From Chitinophagales bacterium (GTDB lineage: Bacteria; Bacteroidota; Bacteroidia; Chitinophagales; JADIYW01), in the NCBI GenBank assembly GCA_046329815.1, contig JAXLTY010000002.1:1198750-1262749 (forward strand): 64,000 bases of DNA. Reading direction: 5' to 3'. The position numbers and the translations under genes are program-made. The notes beneath the pieces are model-generated. The model saw nothing but the letters and a program-made list of their open reading frames with translations. It had not been told where the DNA came from and ran no database searches. How positions within the stretch are numbered: the stretch's first letter is position 1; every line of letters begins with the position of its first letter. Of the stretch, positions 55,201 through 63,760 are shown piece by piece.

Positions 55201-55456
55201 GTACAAAGCCAAGTTTCATGCCATTGCCTTTAAAAACATTAGTTACTTCTACTAAAAGAGAAGTATAAATAGTATTTATACCTCTCTCATCTTTTACCCA
55301 ATACCCTTTGCTATCCACAACAGTACCTTCAAAAACATAATCTGCGTTTTGCAGCATGTCAGGTACTTTGGCAGGTGTTTGTTTTTCGGTTTGTGCATTC
55401 AGGTTGGCTGTAATTATTAATGCAGCAATCGCAATCAAAAATTTTAAATTTTTCAT
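52286..55456 (-). CDS. Secreted multidomain zinc metalloprotease with IPT/TIG, Ig-like repeats and T9SS type-A CTD
   Basis: Domain order: signal peptide, then a ~200-aa N-terminal domain with a CQDCW motif, then a K/E coiled coil. These are followed by an IPT-like block (ITGFSPSVIRAGTNEVLTITGTNFG) and HExxH (ILHELGHALGLMH). Two Ig-like units follow (YQWEV...FRCKISN and YKWQQ...YFRCKGTN), then the CTD VYPNPGSNAITINL...GLYLIKISDG. Confidence 0.75.
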   Translation of the reverse strand: MKNLKFLIAIAALIITANLNAQTEKQTPAKVPDMLQNADYVFEGTVVDSKGYWVKDERGINTIYTSLLVEVTNVFKGNGMKLGFVQVIVKGGEAPSLDDDEITISTVKPSHGNHPPVFTQKGNRGIVFGKNVSNSKGCVWDKKMENTMVIEHDRAIIYCQDCWDNKYFAPWAGDFGNAKELRKSIKSFNLQTDFIDRTDIVEDSLQQIQLKKEKAEQEAKDAELQKIKIETQKREALFIKGKELAKAEQEAKKKANPNLKLASGGNLNLDIRNIAYSTAAGVNYLDFDIYVWGTQATYFEGTLVRLNFDKAAFGDSLYVKNYLTATKGTSFNNINYKIYGPGYISDTVVGINLSTNDSLYVPTRIAVGTTPLQLMHIKFRIKNCQATAKMKFVDPVICDILTGYKLHSNDSIAGPIQSYDNVFRTDNSPIALCPIPKITGFSPSVIRAGTNEVLTITGTNFGTTRGKGQVLFPDADSFSRYMQGCDTLDYVSWNDSEIKVKVPSTIVNSNFTKDVTAGSGKFKVVNDIGFRDSTTTNLDVEFGIENSSTKKKVVWAFRNCQNSSFIFKLGNSLQPYPQAIAVIDSAINVWARFLRIDLRLQKDDYNNYQYFADGSINNLDTISMLYIDNTLANGTLMETTSCVATCGGIPRRQASDIGIKMTGIIWHYGINDTKPSGKYDFYSDILHELGHALGLMHIINPNATTNSMHELELMFWNETLNISKTPAQRSYIGTGRQMDKKASLYIRDTSKVMPSCSFLKPIREFSSPQSKVACVGSSVSFTAYCEQLSGSPAPTYQWEVYNISSWVNVTPIVLGTSVSGTTTGTMTIPTTVAGLNGKSFRCKISNVDGCTLYTQVAVLTFNTPSFYANPTNGTVNEHGSFNFPAQSTDSTLQYKWQQKLAGSSVYNDINNGGYFSGTTTQVLSITNTPYSFDQSYFRCKGTNTAGCIGYSAAAKLTVNPTGFAPGSPNQGNSTAKSALKATVYPNPGSNAITINLNDAKNIQSISIFKSNGTEVFKNAFSANSATIDISNLSNGLYLIKISDGNNTVTKEIVITH

Positions 55457-55474
55457 GTTATATGTTTTTTAGGT

Positions 55475-56138
55475 TTAATTTTTTATTGTAGCAATACTAT
55501 CTTCAACAATATCCGTTCTATCTACAAAATCCGTCTTTAGATTAAAACGTCTAATAGATTTACCCAATTCCTTTGCATTAGAAAAGTCTCCAGCCCAAGG
55601 TGCAAAAAATCTACGGCTTCCACATTCTTCACAAAATATAATAGCTTCTATTTGATCAAGAATCATTATATTTTCAAGTTTATTATTCCATTTTATTCCT
55701 TTATCAGCACCAACTACTTTTCCTGCAACAATACCTTTTTTGACCAATTCTATTGAATTTTGGTATATGTATATCATCCTCTAAATAAAAAGGAACTTCT
55801 ATTAGTTGATTTTTATCCGTTTCAGATGGTGCAGTTCCACCTTCTACTATAATTTGAACTAATCCTTGTTTCATTCCAATGCCTTTAAATACAATTTCTA
55901 CCTGTACCAATAAAGATGTAAATATTGTTTTTTTTGTAACACCATTACTTAGTTCTAATGTAACAGGGAAACCTTTACTATCCACAACCGTACCTTCAAA
56001 AACATAATCTGCATTTTGCAGCATATCAGGTACTTTTGGTGTGGTGGTTTGTTTTTCGGTTTGTGAATTGGCTGTATTAACCAAACAAGAAGTTAAAAAT
56101 AGTACGATTAACAAAGCGTTTTTAAGTAAGTTTTTCAT
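55475..56138 (-). pseudogene. Frameshifted, truncated tandem paralog of the N-terminal domain of the adjacent metalloprotease
   Basis: ORFs 55704-56138 and 55475-55777 together align with residues ~1-215 of ORF 52286-55456 (QTEKQT..KVPDMLQNADYVFEGTVVDSKG; FAPWAGDF.NAKEL.KSI..FNL.TDF.DRTDIVEDS). The frame switches near 55760-55780. The copy ends where the coiled coil starts in the full-length gene. Confidence 0.7.
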
Positions 56139-56255
56139 TTATGGTATATTTTAATATTTTGTAAATGTAGGTATTTATTTTAATCTTTGTTTCTTTTTTA
56201 ACTCAACTCTTACATTTTTTACAAAACCAGTTTAAAATTATTCAAAACTATATTC

Positions 56256-56367
56256 ACGCTTTGCGTCATGGCAAGGCACGAAGTCATCTTTAAATTAGAT
56301 TGCTTCACTGCTTCCGAAGTTTCGGAACGCAAGGACGCGATGCGCTGAACAATAAATTTCGCAAGAG
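56256..56367 (+). repeat. REP/MITE-like element copy B
   Basis: acgctttgcgtcatggcaaggcacgaagtcatctttaaattagattgcttcac... is ~85-90 percent identical to copy A over the first ~55 nt. It has the same terminal aatttcgcaagag. Confidence 0.7.
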
Positions 56368-56381
56368 TTTTTTTTTATAAA

Positions 56382-56420
56382 ATCCAAATACTGTTTTTCA
56401 GGTATTTGGATTTTTTTTTG
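56382..56420 (+). terminator. Terminator-like hairpin plus T9 on the plus strand with no upstream plus-strand CDS
   Basis: atccaaatac-(10 nt)-gtatttggat followed by ttttttttt. It sits in the same position relative to repeat copy B as the hairpin at 52233-52261 does relative to copy A. Confidence 0.4.
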
Positions 56421-56571
56421 CGCTTACAGAAACAATTGTCATTATTTAGCGTATATTAGTATTGAACTATTTAATGCTGGCTATGACATTTAATCTACAA
56501 AAAAATCTTTTATTATTTTTTTTGGTTCATGTTCGGTTTAGCATAACTACATATTTAAACCTAAACATCTC

Positions 56572-57438
56572 ATGAAACAATTAAAAATCACTACCAAGAT
56601 CACCTCGCGTGACAGCTTCTCGATTGACAAGTATTTAAACGAGATTTCTAAACTTCCAATGCTTTCGGAAGAAGAAGAAGTAATTGTTGCAAAAAAAATT
56701 CGCGAAGGCGATCAGGAAGCGATGGAAAAACTCATTCAATCTAATTTACGTTTTGTCGTGTCTGTTGCCAAACAGTATCAAAATCAAGGACTGGCACTGA
56801 ACGACTTAATCAACGAAGGAAATATCGGCCTGATAAAAGCAGCTACCAAATTCGATGAAACCAAAGGTTTTAAATTTATTTCGTATGCAGTCTGGTGGAT
56901 TCGTCAGTCTATTTTACAAGCATTGATTGAGCAGCCGCGTGTGGTGCGTTTACCAATGAACAAAGCTACTATCTACAATAAAATACAACGTGCTATAGTT
57001 GAGTTTGAACAAAAAAACCAACGCGAACCATCGAACGATGAGCTGGCTGAAATACTGGAAATGAAACCGGACGAGTTAGCTATCTTGCGCGCTACTCTTT
57101 CTTATCACCTATCTATAGATACGCCTGTTGGCGATGATGATGAAACTACGAGTTTAGATTTGATGACGGACGATTCGATGGAAAAACCGGACACGCATTT
57201 AATGGATGAATCGCTGCATGATGAACTGGAACATGCGCTACATTCTTTATCTGACAGAGAAGTGGAAATCATTAAGTATTATTTTGGTTTAAATGAATTC
57301 AATCAATCGTATTCGCTGGATGAGATCGGCATCAAAATGAATCTTACGCGTGAGCGTGTGCGCCAGGTGAAAGACAAAGCATTACGCAAAATGCGCCGCT
57401 TTGCTATTTCTAAAGAATTGAAGTCGTATTTAAATTAA
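56572..57438 (+). CDS. rpoD: RNA polymerase primary sigma factor (Bacteroidota SigA)
   Basis: Shows NLRFVVSVAKQYQNQGL, FKFISYAVWWIRQSI (region 2.4) and LTRERVRQVKDKALRKMR (region 4.2). The 288-aa short form is typical of Bacteroidota. Confidence 0.95.
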   Translation: MKQLKITTKITSRDSFSIDKYLNEISKLPMLSEEEEVIVAKKIREGDQEAMEKLIQSNLRFVVSVAKQYQNQGLALNDLINEGNIGLIKAATKFDETKGFKFISYAVWWIRQSILQALIEQPRVVRLPMNKATIYNKIQRAIVEFEQKNQREPSNDELAEILEMKPDELAILRATLSYHLSIDTPVGDDDETTSLDLMTDDSMEKPDTHLMDESLHDELEHALHSLSDREVEIIKYYFGLNEFNQSYSLDEIGIKMNLTRERVRQVKDKALRKMRRFAISKELKSYLN

Positions 57439-57493
57439 TGATTATCGATTAACAATTGACGATTATTTTCTTATAATATTCTTTATAATTTAG

Positions 57494-57528
57494 CGTTACA
57501 AGAATCAATACCTTGTAACGTTTTTTTT
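57494..57528 (+). terminator. rpoD rho-independent terminator
   Basis: cgttacaag-aatcaatac-cttgtaacg followed by T8. Confidence 0.75.
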
Positions 57529-57627
57529 ATGTAGAATATTGCATGAAAGCTGATGGCAATTATCAAATTTCTAAAATCCTCATTAATCATACATCGTTAA
57601 TCGCTAATTATCTTTATCTTTATTTCC

Positions 57628-58284
57628 ATGAACAAACCGATTATTGCACCATCCGTTTTATCGGCAAACTTTGCCAATTTGCAGCAAGACATGGAAATGC
57701 TGCACAACAGCGAAGCTGAATATATTCATATCGATGTGATGGACGGCGTTTTTGTTCCGAATATTTCTTTTGGTTTTCCTGTAATACAAGCGATTCGTAA
57801 ATACAGCACTAAATTCTTTGATGTGCATTTAATGATCGTTGAACCTGATCAATATATCGATGCATTTAAAAATGCCGGCGCTGATGGTTTAACCGTTCAC
57901 CTGGAAGCGTGTACCCATTTGCATCGAACCATACAAAAAATGCGCAGCGTTGGATTGAAAGCTGGTGTTGCTATCAATCCGCATACCAGTGTTCATTTGC
58001 TGGAAGATACTATTGCTGATATCGATTTAGTTTGTTTAATGAGTGTGAATCCTGGTTTTGGCGGACAACAATTTATTGAAAATACATTTGATAAAACAGC
58101 GCGTTTAAAAGATTTGATTTTGAAAAAAAGCTCTAATGCTTTAATTGAAATTGACGGCGGCGTTTCTTTGCAAAATGCCAAACAACTCATTGAAAGCGGC
58201 GCTGATGTTTTGGTTGCAGGCAATACTGTTTTCAGTTCAGCGAATCCAACAGATACTATTCATCAATTAAAAAATATATCTTAG
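57628..58284 (+). CDS. rpe: Ribulose-phosphate 3-epimerase
   Basis: Carries IAPSVLSANFANL, HIDVMDGVFVPN and MSVNPGFGGQQF. The 218-aa length fits. Confidence 0.95.
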   Translation: MNKPIIAPSVLSANFANLQQDMEMLHNSEAEYIHIDVMDGVFVPNISFGFPVIQAIRKYSTKFFDVHLMIVEPDQYIDAFKNAGADGLTVHLEACTHLHRTIQKMRSVGLKAGVAINPHTSVHLLEDTIADIDLVCLMSVNPGFGGQQFIENTFDKTARLKDLILKKSSNALIEIDGGVSLQNAKQLIESGADVLVAGNTVFSSANPTDTIHQLKNIS

Positions 58285-58305
58285 CGTTTAGCGTTATATA
58301 GCAAG

Positions 58306-60879
58306 ATGATGAAAAAAATAATCACTACACTTATTATCCTGTTTTTTATTTCTATCGCATTTGCACAAAATCGCTTAGTGATATCAGGAAAAGTTACCGA
58401 TGCTAAAAACCACGGAATTCCTAATGTTTCTGTCATTCAGATTGGTGCAAACAATGCAACTACCACCAATAAAAATGGTATTTATAATTTAGATGTAGAA
58501 TACGAAGACTCTTGCGTTGTTGAAGTCTCTGACCTGGAATACGGCAAAAAAACATTCGTGATTTATTCTACCAATAAAGCACACATTTATAAAGATATAC
58601 AACTCGAAACCAAAGAAAATCTGCTTGACACGGTCGAAATTAAAGCGAATAAAGACAGAGTTGGCATGTCAGAAATTAAAGGAAAAGATGTAGAGCTTTT
58701 TCCAAATGTTACCAATGATGCAGGCGCTGTAGTTAAAACATTAGGACAAGGCGTACAATCTAATAATGAATTGAGTGGCCAATACAATGTGCGCGGCGGC
58801 AACTACGATGAGAATTTAGTGTATGTCAATGATTTTGAAATTTACCGACCGTTTTTAATTTCCAGTGGTCAACAGGAAGGTTTGAGTTTTACTAATTTGG
58901 ACTTAACAGATAAGTTATCGTTTTCAGGTGGTGGCTTTGAAGCAAAATATGGCGACAAAATGTCTTCTGTTTTAGATGTAAAATACAAAACACCAAAAGC
59001 ATTTCATGGTTCCGTAATGGCAAGTATATTAGGTGTTCAGGCACATGTTGAAGGTATCGCGAAATCAAAAAAAGATACACTGAACGATGCTGCAAAATTT
59101 ACTTATTTGGTAGGTGTTCGTTATAAATCGAACGGATATTTATTAGGTACTTTAGACAGAGCCGGCGAATACAATCCAAACTTTTTTGATTTACAAGGTG
59201 ATTTTCATATCAAACCCAATACGAAACACGACATTGAATTTATTGTCAATCATTCTTTCAACGATTATAAATTTGTTCCAACTACACAGGAAACACGCGC
59301 AGGAACTTTTGATAAACTGATACGCTTTTCGGTAGATTTTGACGGAAATGAAAAAGACCGTTTTGAAAATACGATGGCAGGCATGGCTTATAAGTTTATT
59401 CCAAACAATAAGCTGAGCTTGAAATTCATGAGTGCGTTCTGGAAAATGCGCGAAAGCGAAACCTACAATATTACCGGCTATTATTCATTGGATGAAATTG
59501 AGATCGATCCGTCGAGTGATAATTTCGGCAACGTAAAAGAGAAACTAGGTATTGGTGTTTTCCAGGATTGGGCGCGTAATAAACTGGATGCAACTGTTGC
59601 TAATTTCGCTTTTCACGGGAAATATAATTTCAGAAAAAAATACATCAACAACGGCGATACTACTTCTGTTGACAAACATTTGCTTGAATTTGGTTCAACA
59701 TTTCAATATGAAAAAATCAATGATGAATTAAGTGAATGGCAGCGCATTGATTCTGCCGGTTATTCTATTCCATATTCAGGCAGTTCTATTGAATTTCCTT
59801 ATCGCTTAAAATCGAAAAATAACCTGGAATCGTTTCGTGTACATGGTTATCTGCAAGATACCTGGAACATCATCAAAACAGATTCATCTTACTTAACATT
59901 AACACTTGGCGTTCGATATAATTACTGGAATGTCAATAACCAGTTTTTAGTTTCGCCTCGTATGCAATTATTGTATCATCCGAAATTAAAAAGCAAAAGC
60001 GATGTTACCTTTCGACTGGCTGGTGGAATGTATGTGCAACCGCCATTTTACAGAGAGTTGCGCAGCTTTGACGGAAGTATCAACAGAAATGTAAAAGCGC
60101 AGGAATCGTATCAGGTGGTGATTGGCGCTGACTATAATTTCAAAATAAAAAAACGTCAGTTCAAGTTTACGGCTGAAGCATATTATAAGTATATCAATCA
60201 CCTGAATCCGTATGAAATACAGGATGTGCGTATTCGTTATTTCGCTGATAACAATGCAACCGGTTATGCGACAGGTATTGATTTGCGTTTGTTTGGCGAA
60301 ATGATAAAAGGTGCTGATTCATGGATCACCTTATCTTATTTAAACACCAAAGAAAACCTGAAAAATGATTTTTATTATACCTATTATGACAGCTTAGGCA
60401 ACAGCTATTCAACACCAGAACAATCTGTAAATCCAATTGTTGACACGGCAACGAATTATCCGGGTTTTATTCGTCGTCCTACTGACCAGGCAATTTTTGT
60501 CAGTTTATTTTTCCAGGATTATTTAGAAAAACATAAACGCTTTAAAGTGCATTTAAATTTAGTGATCGGTACCGGTTTGCCTTTTGGTCCGCCGGACAGA
60601 AACCGTTATAAAGATGTTTTAAAAATACCACCATACAGACGATTAGATATTGGCTTTTCTGCTTTGCTGATGAATGGCGAAACCCGAGCGAAGAAGAAAC
60701 CGAACAGTTTCGGTGCTAAGTTCGATAAGATATGGGCAAGTTTTGAAGTGTTTAATATCTTAGGTATCAAAAATACACTTTCCTATCGCTGGATAAAAGA
60801 TACTCAAAACCAGCAATGGGCAATTCCGAACTACTTAACGAACAGGCGTTTTAATTTCAAGATGCAGATCACATGGTAA
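58306..60879 (+). CDS. TonB-dependent receptor-like outer-membrane protein with CarboxypepD_reg N-terminus
   Basis: Has a signal peptide, ISGKVTDAKNHGIPNVSV...NGIYNL, a plug-like VRGGNYDENLVYVNDFEIYRP and a long beta-barrel-like remainder. Confidence 0.7.
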   Translation: MMKKIITTLIILFFISIAFAQNRLVISGKVTDAKNHGIPNVSVIQIGANNATTTNKNGIYNLDVEYEDSCVVEVSDLEYGKKTFVIYSTNKAHIYKDIQLETKENLLDTVEIKANKDRVGMSEIKGKDVELFPNVTNDAGAVVKTLGQGVQSNNELSGQYNVRGGNYDENLVYVNDFEIYRPFLISSGQQEGLSFTNLDLTDKLSFSGGGFEAKYGDKMSSVLDVKYKTPKAFHGSVMASILGVQAHVEGIAKSKKDTLNDAAKFTYLVGVRYKSNGYLLGTLDRAGEYNPNFFDLQGDFHIKPNTKHDIEFIVNHSFNDYKFVPTTQETRAGTFDKLIRFSVDFDGNEKDRFENTMAGMAYKFIPNNKLSLKFMSAFWKMRESETYNITGYYSLDEIEIDPSSDNFGNVKEKLGIGVFQDWARNKLDATVANFAFHGKYNFRKKYINNGDTTSVDKHLLEFGSTFQYEKINDELSEWQRIDSAGYSIPYSGSSIEFPYRLKSKNNLESFRVHGYLQDTWNIIKTDSSYLTLTLGVRYNYWNVNNQFLVSPRMQLLYHPKLKSKSDVTFRLAGGMYVQPPFYRELRSFDGSINRNVKAQESYQVVIGADYNFKIKKRQFKFTAEAYYKYINHLNPYEIQDVRIRYFADNNATGYATGIDLRLFGEMIKGADSWITLSYLNTKENLKNDFYYTYYDSLGNSYSTPEQSVNPIVDTATNYPGFIRRPTDQAIFVSLFFQDYLEKHKRFKVHLNLVIGTGLPFGPPDRNRYKDVLKIPPYRRLDIGFSALLMNGETRAKKKPNSFGAKFDKIWASFEVFNILGIKNTLSYRWIKDTQNQQWAIPNYLTNRRFNFKMQITW

Positions 60880-61023
60880 AAACATCGCTTGGTTATTTCA
60901 TTAAATAGTAAATCACAAATCTTTACATATTAAAACATTGACTAATATCAAATAAAATGGGCATTTACGCTTGACAAATTGATTTTATTTATACAATTTG
61001 CAGTGTACATTTAAACCCTGTAA

Positions 61024-61473
61024 ATGAAAAAATCATTCTTTTCACTTATTATTTTATTGAGTTTCATTCAAACTTTAAACGCATCTTCTCTTTATGAAAA
61101 AGATGGAATTATTTTAGAGCATTTCGTTACAAAAGAAAAAACCATTTTCATTCCGTTTTATAACAGGAATGTAATCATTTGGAAAAGTAAAATGGATTTA
61201 ATCAATACGAATAAAATAGCGATTGCTGTGCGTATTCCTTGTTACTTAAGCTATACATATTCTTATCTAAATCCTGCCGAAATCTCTACCATTCAGGATT
61301 ATGTTTCGGATTTTACATTATCTGATGTTTATAAAAATTATGTGGCTCCGAAACCGGTTATGGTGAATGCAAAACAAACCATCACCAGCGAAAAATATTT
61401 TGCAACTTTTGATGACATTGACCTTCGTTCTGCAGTATTAACCTGGAATTTTAAATATTCTTTCTGGCAATAA
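61024..61473 (+). CDS. Hypothetical secreted protein
   Basis: Has a signal peptide (MKKSFFSLIILLSFIQTLNA). I recognise no motif. Confidence 0.4.
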   Translation: MKKSFFSLIILLSFIQTLNASSLYEKDGIILEHFVTKEKTIFIPFYNRNVIIWKSKMDLINTNKIAIAVRIPCYLSYTYSYLNPAEISTIQDYVSDFTLSDVYKNYVAPKPVMVNAKQTITSEKYFATFDDIDLRSAVLTWNFKYSFWQ

Positions 61474-61475
61474 AA

Positions 61476-63665
61476 CTATTGCACTTCAAATGGAATAATA
61501 ATCGCGTTTGCATCTTGCGAACTATTTGCAATTTCAAGTTTGTATTTTATTTTCTCAACCTGCATTTGTTTTGTAATTGTATCATAATAATTCAATGCAG
61601 CAACTGGAATTCTAATCTGCGCTTTTTTTGTTTCACCTTGTTGCAAGTACACTTTTGTAAAACCTTTCAGTAATTTTTTTGCATGTTCTTTTTGTGTGGA
61701 ATTTTCAAAATGAATGTATGCCTGTATTATATCAGCGCCATTTTGCGCACCGGTATTTTTAATGTCTATTTCAATTTTTATCGTATCATTTTCTGAATAG
61801 CTTTTCTTATTGATGTTCGCATTCGAATATTGGAATTGCGTATAACTCAAACCAAAACCGAAAGAAAAAGCCGGTGTCTCATTCAATTTATCCATCAAAG
61901 TATAGCCATGAAAATAATCGTACTCAATAGTTTTAACTAAGTTTGGCAATGCAGGCAATTGTTTTAAATCGCTTGGAATCGTGAATGGCAGTTTTCCTGA
62001 TGGATTTATTTTTCCAAATAAGACATCTGGTATTGTTGCAGCGCCGTTTGCGCCATAATAACCTGAAAAAACAATAGCAGGAATTTGTTTCCTGAATTCT
62101 TCCATCATAATAGCACTGCCACCGATAATATATGCAACAACATTCTTATTGATTGCAGCAATTTTCAGCATCATATCTGTTTCTTCTTTTGGCAAATTCA
62201 GTTGATAACGATCACCACCGCGACCTAACATCTTAAAAATGCCGTTCGCTGGTTTAGAAGCATCGGTTCTGTCCTCGCCTTTCATAGAAATAAATTCGCC
62301 TTCTTCTATTTTTTTTGTTCCGGAAATAAATATTACTGCATCTGCCTGTTTCGCATAAGCCATCAGGTTTTTATCGTTATAATCTTTTACAGTTAATATT
62401 CGAATATTGTTTTGTTTTCCGAACTGTTTAAACGCATCTATTGGCTTCTGTACTTTTGTTTTTACAATACTGCTTCCGTTATCACCATCATTTTTTTCAT
62501 CAATCAATCTTCCAATTAATAAGATCGTTTTTATTTTTTCTGTATTGAATGGCAATAACTGATTTTCATTCTTTAATAAAACCGTTGCTTCTTCGCATAC
62601 TTTTTTTGCCAATAAACTATTCGCGTTATAATCAGGAGTTGGTGTCGTATGATTTTTATACGCGTATTGAAACAGAAAACGTGTAAACAAAATATCGTAA
62701 ACAAGATCATCAATATTCGTTTCTGAAAGTTCTTTATTATCAATAGCCATTTTCACTTTTTTGTATGCATACAATCTTGGATATGGCATTTCGACATTCA
62801 TACCAGCCAATAAACCAGGTGCTGTGCTGCGTGTTCCGAAATCCCAATCCGACTGAACAAATCCTTTAAAGTTCAGTTGTGTGCGTAAAATGTCTGTCAG
62901 TAAAATTTTGTTTTCACCACAATATTTTCCATTCACTTTATTATATGCAGACATAATTGATGCTGCGCCAACATCTACACATGCTTTGAAATGCGGTAGA
63001 TAGATTTCATTCAATATTTTATCGGTAATTTTCACATCAACTGTATAACGAGTATTTTCGATGCTGTTCAGCACAAAATGTTTTACACAAGCCATCACGC
63101 CTTCTCGCTGAATACCACGTACCATTGCTGTTCCAAATTGAGTTAACAAAAAAGGATCTTCACCATAGCTTTCCTGTGCTCGTCCATTTGCAGGATGGCG
63201 TAACAGATTGATACACGGCGCGCCTAGTAAATTTGCACCTATATGTTTTGCTTCTGTAGCCATTGCATTGCCAACCTGTTCTTCCAAATCAGGATTCCAC
63301 ATACACGCTCGCGTGATTGGTGCAGGAAAATTAGTTTGCGGATGCGTTACGACACCACGCGGTCCGTCTGTAAAAACCAAATCAGGCAGATTGTATTTTT
63401 TTATTTTTTTCTGAATAATTGCATTTACCAAATGACCTTTGAAAATAAACGGCAATCCAGTTTTCAATTTAAAGTATTTATCGCCGGCAAGCATCGTAAT
63501 TTTTTCTTTTAAAGATATTTCAGCAATCACTATTTTTGCCATGCTGTCTGCATATTGCGTAGCAGCATTATCTAAGAACGGATTTTGGTATGCATTCATT
63601 TTTGATGAAATTAAAAGTGCAAAAAAGGAGAAACAAAAAATCTTGCGAAAAACAATTAACTGCAT
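61476..63665 (-). CDS. Glycoside hydrolase family 3 beta-glucosidase (BglX-like)
   Basis: Carries KHFVLNS, the nucleophile context GFVQSDWD, and a C-terminal Fn3-like domain. A signal peptide is present. Confidence 0.9.
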   Translation of the reverse strand: MQLIVFRKIFCFSFFALLISSKMNAYQNPFLDNAATQYADSMAKIVIAEISLKEKITMLAGDKYFKLKTGLPFIFKGHLVNAIIQKKIKKYNLPDLVFTDGPRGVVTHPQTNFPAPITRACMWNPDLEEQVGNAMATEAKHIGANLLGAPCINLLRHPANGRAQESYGEDPFLLTQFGTAMVRGIQREGVMACVKHFVLNSIENTRYTVDVKITDKILNEIYLPHFKACVDVGAASIMSAYNKVNGKYCGENKILLTDILRTQLNFKGFVQSDWDFGTRSTAPGLLAGMNVEMPYPRLYAYKKVKMAIDNKELSETNIDDLVYDILFTRFLFQYAYKNHTTPTPDYNANSLLAKKVCEEATVLLKNENQLLPFNTEKIKTILLIGRLIDEKNDGDNGSSIVKTKVQKPIDAFKQFGKQNNIRILTVKDYNDKNLMAYAKQADAVIFISGTKKIEEGEFISMKGEDRTDASKPANGIFKMLGRGGDRYQLNLPKEETDMMLKIAAINKNVVAYIIGGSAIMMEEFRKQIPAIVFSGYYGANGAATIPDVLFGKINPSGKLPFTIPSDLKQLPALPNLVKTIEYDYFHGYTLMDKLNETPAFSFGFGLSYTQFQYSNANINKKSYSENDTIKIEIDIKNTGAQNGADIIQAYIHFENSTQKEHAKKLLKGFTKVYLQQGETKKAQIRIPVAALNYYDTITKQMQVEKIKYKLEIANSSQDANAIIIPFEVQ

Positions 63666-63704
63666 TTTGTAAATGTACGAATATTTGTGGTGTTCTATTA
63701 AAAC

Positions 63705-63740
63705 AAAAAAGCTGTCTCGATTAAAAAGAGACAGCTTTTT
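63705..63740 (-). terminator. Rho-independent terminator for the partial minus-strand gene at the right edge
   Basis: aaaagctgtctc-(9 nt)-gagacagctttt. On the minus strand it is followed by ttttttgttt. Confidence 0.7.
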
Positions 63741-63760
63741 ATATGATCAGCAGCAGAAAA

